From positions 1 to 50,444 of the forward strand of contig JBAZSW010000005.1 in the NCBI GenBank assembly GCA_041662245.1: 50,444 nt of DNA, given 5' to 3'. Of this stretch, positions 44,665 through 50,444 are shown piece after piece (the stretch's first letter is position 1; every line of letters begins with the position of its first letter). The translations under genes and the position numbers were made by a program. The notes beneath the pieces were generated by a model. The model was not told where the DNA came from, did no database searches, and saw only the letters and a list, made by a program, of their open reading frames with translations. Source of the DNA: Parcubacteria group bacterium (GTDB taxonomy: Bacteria > Patescibacteriota > Minisyncoccia > Moranbacterales > UBA9337).

Positions 44665-44697
44665 GGGATACCAAGCTAACGCTAGGTATCCCTTTTT
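44665..44697 (+). terminator. intrinsic terminator of module 2
   Basis: GGGATACC-aagctaacgcta-GGTATCCC-TTTTT. The T-run is present only on the + strand. Confidence 0.75.
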
Positions 44698-44725
44698 ATT
44701 TTAAAATAAATTTAAAATTGTTGGC

Positions 44726-45124
44726 TTATCTAGTAATTCCAAAATAATCTAAAGTTGGCATAATATTGGGAGCGAGATTTTCGCTTGCGAGATTTTCTAG
44801 TGAAATCCATTTCCACTCTCTGATATCTGCTCCTTGTTTTATTTCGCCAATTCTTTGGGCTAGGTAATGAACGAGGATGACATCGATTTTTCCGTCAGGA
44901 GTTTCTTTTGTGGCGTGAAATAAAAATGGATTTTCATCTAAGATTTCTAGTTCAATTCCCATTTCTTCCTTGGTTTCTCTTTTCGCTGCTTCAATTAAGT
45001 TATCATCAAAATCTTCCACTCTTCCACCACAAAATTTCCAAAACTCTGTGTCCCCGTGTTGATTAAGTAGAACTTTGTTATCCTCTATGATAACCGGACC
45101 AGAGGCGATGATTATTTTATTCAT
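44726..45124 (-). CDS. Nudix hydrolase
   Basis: Complete Nudix box GGRVEDFDDNLIEAAKRETKEEMGI. Confidence 0.85.
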   Translation of the reverse strand: MNKIIIASGPVIIEDNKVLLNQHGDTEFWKFCGGRVEDFDDNLIEAAKRETKEEMGIELEILDENPFLFHATKETPDGKIDVILVHYLAQRIGEIKQGADIREWKWISLENLASENLAPNIMPTLDYFGITR

Positions 45125-45167
45125 ATATTTGAGATTAATTATTATCTTTTATCGACTATTGTTTTTT

Positions 45168-45244
45168 GTCATCCCAGAAAATAGAATTTCTTAGCGATCC
45201 GCCAGCCAGCGGAGAGCGGTAGAAATTCATTTATGTGGGATCTC
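45168..45244 (+). mobile_element. dispersed-repeat variant (GTCATCCCAG...GTGGGATCTC), copy A3a
   Basis: End motifs are of the same family, with an internal GC-rich CCGCCAGCCAGCGGAGAGCGG. Confidence 0.45.
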
Positions 45245-45250
45245 ATTTTA

Positions 45251-45303
45251 GATTCCTCCACTTCTAAATTTCTGAGTACAGAAATTTATGCGGTCGGAAT
45301 GAC
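45251..45303 (-). mobile_element. MITE-like dispersed element, truncated copy A3b
   Basis: GATTCCTCCACTTCTAAATTTCTGAGTAC...ATGCGGTCGGAATGAC matches A1/A4 but lacks the central hairpin. Confidence 0.6.
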
Positions 45304-45432
45304 ATACATAAATTGGGAATTGGAACTTTGACATTTTTTATCTCTTCTATATTTTAACATAAATCAATCTAATTTAGCTAGAATTTATTGTTGCATTTTT
45401 TATAGATATATTGTAGGATGAATTTAATACTG

Positions 45433-45614
45433 GTGGCTAACTCGACATACACAGTGATTCATGCGAGCTAAAACGTATAAGAAGGGGAGTAGCTAGTCAC
45501 AATGCGTCAATAATTGTTTAATTTACCCTCTGCTGATGCCAAGAAATTAAATGACTTTGGCGCAATTGAGTATTAAAAGCTGGCTAGAAATAACAGCAGA
45601 GGGAGTTCTTTTTT
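45433..45614 (+). ncRNA. candidate structured RNA or leader that ends in a terminator-like long hairpin, upstream of the zf-CHC2 ORF
   Basis: Helix GTGGCTAACT/AGCTAGTCAC (45433-42 with 45491-500) and helix CCCTCTGCTG/CAGCAGAGGG (45526-35 with 45594-603) with inner GCCAA/TTGGC, then TTCTTTTTT. Confidence 0.4.
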
Positions 45615-45637
45615 AAAAATTCAATGCGAGGTGTCAA

Positions 45638-45976
45638 ATGAAAAATAGAGAAATACCTCGTTCTTATTACGATGAAGTTAAGAACGCAATTTATTGGGGT
45701 GAGATTTTGCCTAAACTTGGGATAAGATTAAAAAAAGTTAATAGAGCTGGATTGACCAGTCGTATTTGGAATTATAGGTGTAAATGTATTTTTCATAAAG
45801 AAAAAACGGCCTCACTAACATTTTTTGATAAAACAGGAACTTTTCATTGTTATGGTTGCGGAGAAAGTGGTGATATTTTTTACTTTATTTCCCGGTATTT
45901 AACAGATAATAAACGTAGCTTGCCGAGAGTTTGTAGGTGGCTAAAAAAATGTTTTAACATTCCTCTGCCTTGGTAA
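45638..45976 (+). CDS. stand-alone CHC2 (DnaG-primase-type) zinc-finger protein
   Basis: CKCIFHKEKTASLTFFDKTGTFHCYGCGESGDIFYFI matches CxxHxEKTPS...HCFGCGxxGD. 112 aa with no TOPRIM domain. SD is GAGGTG. Confidence 0.75.
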   Translation: MKNREIPRSYYDEVKNAIYWGEILPKLGIRLKKVNRAGLTSRIWNYRCKCIFHKEKTASLTFFDKTGTFHCYGCGESGDIFYFISRYLTDNKRSLPRVCRWLKKCFNIPLPW

Positions 45977-46011
45977 AAAGCTTGATATGCATCGCATAGC
46001 GAGCTTTTTTT
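45976..46011 (+). terminator. intrinsic terminator after the zf-CHC2 ORF
   Basis: AAAAGCTTG-atatgcatcgcatag-CGAGCTTTTTTT. Confidence 0.65.
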
Positions 46012-46227
46012 GTGCTAAATTGATTTAATTCGTTCCAGCTATTTAGAGGTACAACCTTGGGCACAAAAGAGGTCGGACCTCTTTAATGTGGAAGTAATTT
46101 AACTGATTTTATACTATTCGCGATGATATGTGCACTAATTGGAAATTTAGTTATTGAAAATTGAATGGAAATTGTAAATTGTGAATTGAAAATTAGTTAA
46201 CTTTACAAACTTTATAACTTTAAGAAC

Positions 46228-48027
46228 TCACAAAGTTTTCACCATATACGTATCTCGTAATCTGTATCCATTTTTTCGATAATAATTCCGCACTCCCACG
46301 CCGGAAATAACGGCGATTTTTTTTAGACCGAATTCTTCGCGAGCGATACGCTCGGCTTCAAGAATGAGTTTTTTACCCAGACCGATGTGTTGAGGTGAGT
46401 TAGCATTTTTTTTATCTATGTCTGTAAGTTTTCCATAGGTGTGAACTTCACGGATGATGGCGGAGTTTTTGAGAGCAGGGATTGTTTCTAAATTATTTGT
46501 TTGAGATTTTTCGACTTCATTATCATTTCGCTCAAGATGACATGAATGGAGAGTTTTGGAATTATAAAGCGATGAGGGGATGCGCAGACGAAGGAGGGAA
46601 TAAAGTTTTTGTTTACTCACCCCCTCTGTCCTTCGGACATCTCCCCTTCGGAGAGGGGGAGAGGATACGAATTGAAGGAAAATTTCTTTGCCACCTGAAG
46701 CGTCATAATCTATTCTGTCTAAAATTATTTTTCCCGCCTGCAACGCTGTAGCAGCTGCGGGCAGGTCATCGATTTTATATTCACCTTTAATTTCTCGGCA
46801 ACGAATGCATGGGCAGTGGGTTTGATTTTCGATAATTTGTCTGAGATTAGAAATTATTGGTCCTGCTTCAATAGAGGACATGGGGACATCGCGAATCAAT
46901 CTTTGGATGCGGGTGTAGGCAGGAATGGCTTCATTTTTAATTTTGATAATTAATTTAGCGAATTGTTTGTCAGTTAAGGCTTTATAATTTCCTTTTTTCC
47001 AAATGTCATAAAGCTCAGAATTTTTGGTAACTACGGTCGGATAAATTTTAAGCATATCAGGTTGAAAATCAGAATTAGTAAAAAGCACCTTGAACATTTT
47101 AAAATCTTTAGCAATTGTAGAACCCAGAAGCCCTGGCATCATATGATAGTTGATTTTAAAACCAGCATCTTTAAGCAACTGGGTGGCTAGGATTGTTTGG
47201 GCTACTAGATGACCGCGATTATTTTTTATTAAAACATCATCAAAGATAGATTGTACGCCTAGCTCCACTCGTGTACAACCCAGTTGTCTAAAATTTAAAA
47301 TTTCTTTTCCATCAATATAATCAGGACGAGTTTCTAAGGTTAATCCTACAATGCGGTGTTTGGCGATTTCATTTTTCTTTTGTTCTTTTGCTAACTTGAG
47401 ATCTCTCGACTCCGCATTCTCTCCGTTCGAGATGACAATCCAAGGGTCTTTTGTTTCATGCTTTATGCTATGTGTTCTATGTTTGGGATAATCGTTGGCG
47501 GCGCGAAAACAATCGGTAATAAATTTTTTTTGGTAAGTTTTAGAAAAATAGGAAAAAGTTCCACCCATGATGATTAATTCAATTTTTTCGGTAGAGTGTC
47601 CGTTTAATTCTAAGGCCAGTAAGCGATTTTGAACTTGATTATAGGCGTCAAATTTATGCATAATGGCGCGCATCACAGCGGGCTCATTGGAGAGATAACT
47701 TTTGGGCATGTTTTTTTCCGTAGGGCAAAAAATGCATCTTCCAGGACAGGCAGAAGGTTTAGTAAGAACAGCAACCACGGCCACGCCAGATTGAGTACGA
47801 ACGGCTCGTGAAAGCATCGCTTTTTCTAAGATTATATTCTTTTTAATTTTTTTGTTTAAAAGTAAATTATTATAAATTTCTCGCAGATCAGCATTGGTGG
47901 GCTGGGGGATTTTATGTTCGCCGCAAAACTTCTTTTTAAAATTCAAAAATTTATCAGGATTTTTAAAAGATAATTTGACAGCCTGAGTTATTAATTCTAT
48001 ATGATTAAGATCGGGAGTAGTCTTCAT
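46228..48027 (-). CDS. elp3: Elp3-like radical-SAM/GNAT enzyme (tRNA U34 modification family) carrying several in-frame repeat insertions
   Basis: CPGRCIFCP cluster, IMGGTF, GLTLETRPD, RVELGVQS and a C-terminal GNAT (HIGLGKKLILEAERIA, ISGVGVRNYYRKNGY). Confidence 0.85.
   Translation of the reverse strand: MKTTPDLNHIELITQAVKLSFKNPDKFLNFKKKFCGEHKIPQPTNADLREIYNNLLLNKKIKKNIILEKAMLSRAVRTQSGVAVVAVLTKPSACPGRCIFCPTEKNMPKSYLSNEPAVMRAIMHKFDAYNQVQNRLLALELNGHSTEKIELIIMGGTFSYFSKTYQKKFITDCFRAANDYPKHRTHSIKHETKDPWIVISNGENAESRDLKLAKEQKKNEIAKHRIVGLTLETRPDYIDGKEILNFRQLGCTRVELGVQSIFDDVLIKNNRGHLVAQTILATQLLKDAGFKINYHMMPGLLGSTIAKDFKMFKVLFTNSDFQPDMLKIYPTVVTKNSELYDIWKKGNYKALTDKQFAKLIIKIKNEAIPAYTRIQRLIRDVPMSSIEAGPIISNLRQIIENQTHCPCIRCREIKGEYKIDDLPAAATALQAGKIILDRIDYDASGGKEIFLQFVSSPPLRRGDVRRTEGVSKQKLYSLLRLRIPSSLYNSKTLHSCHLERNDNEVEKSQTNNLETIPALKNSAIIREVHTYGKLTDIDKKNANSPQHIGLGKKLILEAERIAREEFGLKKIAVISGVGVRNYYRKNGYRLRDTYMVKTL
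46503..46541. mobile_element. 39-nt GAGAT...GATGAC element inserted in frame in elp3 (copy 1)
   Basis: GAGATTTTTCGACTTCATTATCATTTCGCTCAAGATGAC, read as CHLERNDNEVEKS. Confidence 0.6.
46620..46659. repeat. 40-nt GC-rich nested palindrome inside elp3
   Basis: CCCCCTCT-GTCCttcGGAC-aTCTCCccttcGGAGA-GGGGG, encoding PPLRRGDVRRTEG. Confidence 0.7.
46733..46765. repeat. 33-nt module CCCGCCTGCAACGCTGTAGCAGCTGCGGGCAGG inside elp3
   Basis: 29/33 identical to 4648..4680 (intergenic, inside the MITE-like element). Encodes LPAAATALQAG. Confidence 0.7.
47408..47446. mobile_element. 39-nt GAGAT...GATGAC element inserted in frame in elp3 (copy 2)
   Basis: GAGATCTCTCGACTCCGCATTCTCTCCGTTCGAGATGAC, read as VISNGENAESRDL, which is a different element frame from copy 1. 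Confidence 0.6.
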
Positions 48028-48151
48028 TAATTTAGATTTTTTTATTGATTATCTTAACTAATAGTAGTATGATATGGTAAAAATAGGCAAGAGTCTTTAT
48101 AATTTCAAATTTTAAATTTCAAATGAATGCTTGAATGCCTAAATAATTATT

Positions 48152-48228
48152 GAGATTCCTCCGCTTCTAAATTTTTGAGTACCATGTTATTCAACATGAC
48201 AGGCAAAAATTTATACGGTCGGAATGAC
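48152..48228 (-). mobile_element. MITE-like dispersed element, copy A4
   Basis: Its reverse complement is about 93% identical to 31713..31789. Confidence 0.7.
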
Positions 48229-48261
48229 ATAAAATGAAACAATCTAAAATTAAATTTGTTT

Positions 48262-48969
48262 ATGAATAAAGCGTTAGTTAAAAAAATATTGAGAGATACG
48301 GAAGATGGGTATGGTTTGATCTCGGAAAAATTTTCTCAAACTAGAAATAAATTTTGGAAAGAGCTGGAATTTATTGGTAATTACGCCAAAGAGGGTGCTC
48401 AAGTGCTTGATTTTGGGTGTGGCAATGGAAGATTGGCAGAGATGCTAGTAAATAAAAAAGTTAATTATGTAGGGGTGGATGTGTGCGAAAATTTAATTAA
48501 TTTGGCCAAAAAAAATTTAGCAGGATTAAGGGAATCAAAAAAGATTCAATTTTTAAAAATAGAAAGTGATTTTAAAAAATTACCTTTTCCTTCCGAATTT
48601 TTTGATTCTATTTATAGTATTGCCGTTTTTCACCATTTACCTAGCAAAAAACTAAGGTTGGAAGTGGCTCAAGAACTTTATCGATTACTAAAAAAAGATA
48701 GTTATATCGTCATAACTGTTTGGAATTTATGGCAATCTCGATATCAAAAAAATATCTTTAAAAATTGGCAAAAAAAAATTCTAAACAAAAGTAATCTTGA
48801 TTTTAATGATTGCTACGTGTCATTTACAAATAATCAGGGGCAAGTGTTTGATCGTTTTCATCATGCTTTTGTTAAATATGAGTTAAAGAGACTTTTGGAA
48901 AAAAGTGGTTTTACAGTGATTAAATGCCGAAAAATAAAGGGTAATATTGTGGCGATTGGGAGGAAATAA
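48262..48969 (+). CDS. class I SAM-dependent methyltransferase
   Basis: VLDFGCGNGRLAEML (motif I) and IYSIAVFHHL. ATG 48262 is preferred over TTG 48256. Confidence 0.8.
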   Translation: MNKALVKKILRDTEDGYGLISEKFSQTRNKFWKELEFIGNYAKEGAQVLDFGCGNGRLAEMLVNKKVNYVGVDVCENLINLAKKNLAGLRESKKIQFLKIESDFKKLPFPSEFFDSIYSIAVFHHLPSKKLRLEVAQELYRLLKKDSYIVITVWNLWQSRYQKNIFKNWQKKILNKSNLDFNDCYVSFTNNQGQVFDRFHHAFVKYELKRLLEKSGFTVIKCRKIKGNIVAIGRK

Positions 48970-49213
48970 ATATAATACTCAATAACTAATACTCAATTTT
49001 CAATCAATAATCAATATTTCAATTTTCAATGAGTATTAACAAGTTTGGATATTAAATGGGTATTGAGTATTAAATGTTGAATATTTAGGCTTTGCCTGGC
49101 TTGACTAAAATTTAATAAAAGTGTATTCTCAGATAAGACTTATTTAACAGATAATTTATGAAATTAAGAGTCGAGGAGCAAATCTTCGGTTTTTGGTTTG
49201 TTATTATAAAAAA

Positions 49214-49714
49214 ATGAATAAAACATTGATAGAGTTTAATTTAAATCAAAGAAAGGTGAAAAATTATCCTGAATTTAAAACTGGTGATATTGTTAAAGTT
49301 CATCGTAGAATTAAAGAAGGAGAAAAGGAAAGAGTGCAGATTTTCGAAGGTATAATTATTGCTAAAAAAGGAGGACAGAGCAGTTCACCAATGATAACTG
49401 TACGAAAAGTTTCTGGTGGTGTGGGTGTAGAGCTAGTTTTGCCAGTGTATTCTCCATCTATAGATAATATTGAGGTAGTAAAAAGAGCCAAGGTAAAAAG
49501 AGCCAAATTATATTATATTAGAGATAAATCAGCAAAATCTTTGAGATTAAAATACAAAGATATTGCCAAGTTTGCAGTGGCTGAAGAAATTGCAGAAGAA
49601 AAAGTAGTTTCAGAATCCAAAGAGGATGTTTCTGAAAAAGAGGAAATTAAAGAAAATGTAAAACCTTTAGAAGAAAATAATAGTGTCAAAAAAGAGGAAA
49701 TTGAGAAAAAATAA
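49214..49714 (+). CDS. rplS: 50S ribosomal protein L19 with a ~50-aa charged C-terminal extension
   Basis: [33 protein letters not shown]...[13 protein letters not shown] and [10 protein letters not shown], then an E/K-rich tail. ATG 49214 is preferred over the track start at TTG 49193. Confidence 0.9.
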   Translation: MNKTLIEFNLNQRKVKNYPEFKTGDIVKVHRRIKEGEKERVQIFEGIIIAKKGGQSSSPMITVRKVSGGVGVELVLPVYSPSIDNIEVVKRAKVKRAKLYYIRDKSAKSLRLKYKDIAKFAVAEEIAEEKVVSESKEDVSEKEEIKENVKPLEENNSVKKEEIEKK

Positions 49715-49810
49715 AATATTTTACTTTTTTGTTTTTTGAGTTATAATAGTTAAGTGATTTTGGGAAGAAATTTGTTTTTATGAGCGGTTGACGAAAGGAA
49801 TAAAAAATTA

Positions 49811-49894
49811 GCCGCGGTGCTGAAATTGGTATACAGGCCAGCTTGAGGTGCTGGTGCTCGTAAGGGCGTGTGGGTTCAAGTCCCACTCGCGGCA
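49811..49894 (+). tRNA. tRNA-Leu (anticodon GAG), type II with a long variable arm
   Basis: GCCGCGG-TG-CTG..CAG-G-CCAGC-TTGAGGT-GCTGG-(15-nt variable arm)-GTGGG-TTCAAGT-CCCAC-TCGCGGC-A. Confidence 0.9.
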
Positions 49895-49952
49895 CACTAG
49901 GCGGTAAAGTAGATTGTAAAATATTTTATTAGATTATAAATCTGTATTGTAT

Positions 49953-50017
49953 GAACTGGGACGCAGAAGGGTTCGCTCAAAGAACCCAGGCCCGCAGGGA
50001 AGTCCCGTCTGGCGGCA
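49953..50017 (+). pseudogene. tRNA-derived element sharing the tRNA-Leu 3' end and trailer; no 5' acceptor strand; 6-bp hairpin with loop GCTCAAA
   Basis: GGGTTC-GCTCAAA-GAACCC (49969..49987). The 3' end GTCCCGTCTGGCGGCA parallels GTCCCACTCGCGGCA of tRNA-Leu. The trailer repeat 50014..50050 matches 49891..49927. Confidence 0.45.
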
Positions 50018-50073
50018 CACTAAGTGGTAAAGTAGATTGTAAAATGTTTATTTGATTGTAAAATTAATGAAAA

Positions 50074-50147
50074 GGACGATTAGCTCAGTTGGTTAGAGCA
50101 CTTCTCTTACAAAGAAGGGGTCACTGGTTCGAGTCCAGTATCGTCCA
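50074..50147 (+). tRNA. tRNA-Val (anticodon TAC)
   Basis: GGACGAT-TA-GCTC-AGTTGGTTA-GAGC-A-CTTCT-CTTACAA-AGAAG-GGGTC-ACTGG-TTCGAGT-CCAGT-ATCGTCC-A. Confidence 0.9.
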
Positions 50148-50202
50148 CATTTTATTTTTAGTTGCAATTAATGTAATTAAAATTTAAATAAAATAGGTGG
50201 AA

Positions 50203-50444
50203 GGGCGTATAGCTCAGTTGGTTAGAGAACGCTCGCCACGGCGAGTAATGACAAGGTTATCGAAGTTTTAAAAGTTAAAGTAGTTTACAGTTATGGGCGT
50301 ATAGCTCAGTTGGTTAGAGAACGCTCGCCACGGCGAGTAATGACAAGGTTATCGAAGTTTTAAAAGTTAAAGTAGTTTACAGTTATGGGCGTATAGCTCA
50401 GTTGGTTAGAGAACGCTCGCCACGGCGAGTAATGACAAGGTTAT
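50203..50444 (+). repeat. perfect 92-bp tandem repeat, 2.6 units to the window end; each unit starts with a tRNA 5'-half-like segment
   Basis: Units start at 50203, 50295 and 50387. GGGCGTATAGCTCAGTTGGTTAGAGAAC gives an acceptor and D-arm, followed by a GCTCGCC-AC-GGCGAG hairpin and non-tRNA sequence. There is no T-arm and no 3' acceptor. Confidence 0.8.

Noticed and set aside
50203-50444. The tandem repeats could be a CRISPR array.
   Set aside because: The units are contiguous and identical, with no unique spacers. The unit content is tRNA-like. No cas genes are present.
1-50444. An alternative genetic code with UGA recoded, as in some candidate phyla.
   Set aside because: Long ORFs close cleanly at TGA (for example 2482-2484 and 22232-2234). 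prfB carries the RF2 CTT TGA C frameshift site, and the RF2 SPF motif is intact.

Overview
This is a gene-dense, AT-rich bacterial window that uses the standard genetic code: TGA ends several ORFs and is the stop in a canonical prfB +1 frameshift site. Three things fit a small-genome Patescibacteria/CPR-like organism, which is an inference. They are a compact housekeeping set, a pseudopilin plus pilMNO operon, and many tiny membrane proteins alongside an RRM protein, an Elp3-like enzyme and a GT39 mannosyltransferase. Recognisable genes are malic enzyme, ppa, ispH, aspS, frr, prfA-prmC, prfB, dnaJ (with a CIRCE operator), pcm, a galT-family gene, yjbQ, yraN, a csp-family gene, rplS, a sensor kinase and a lone receiver. 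There are also two glycan-related groups (GT39 with a BNR lipoprotein; a processive GT2 with a Wzz-like protein and a GT4) and five canonical tRNAs (Arg-TCG, His-GTG, Lys-TTT, Leu-GAG, Val-TAC).

Six things are not explained by ordinary annotation:
1. A 1.7-kb gap without long ORFs (42963..44725) holds two paralogous modules. Each has a consensus promoter, a conserved long hairpin with compensatory changes, a strong SD, a very GC-rich 45- or 52-codon ORF, and a terminator.
2. At the left edge, the last ~50 codons of a truncated hydrolase-like gene are repeated twice as orphan cassettes. Each copy precedes a member of a small membrane-protein family, and decayed remnants lie between them.
3. 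A family of short GTCAT...ATCTC elements occurs both as intergenic MITE-like copies and as 39-nt in-frame insertions in the Elp3-like gene, read in two different frames. Two further palindromic modules also sit in that gene.
4. prmC is interrupted in frame by heptamer-based stutter repeats.
5. tRNA-derived oddities follow tRNA-Lys and tRNA-Leu, and the window ends in perfect 92-bp tandem repeats that each carry a tRNA 5'-half-like segment.
6. A structured, terminator-ended region lies upstream of a stand-alone CHC2 zinc-finger ORF.

No CRISPR array, integrase, transposase or rRNA was seen.
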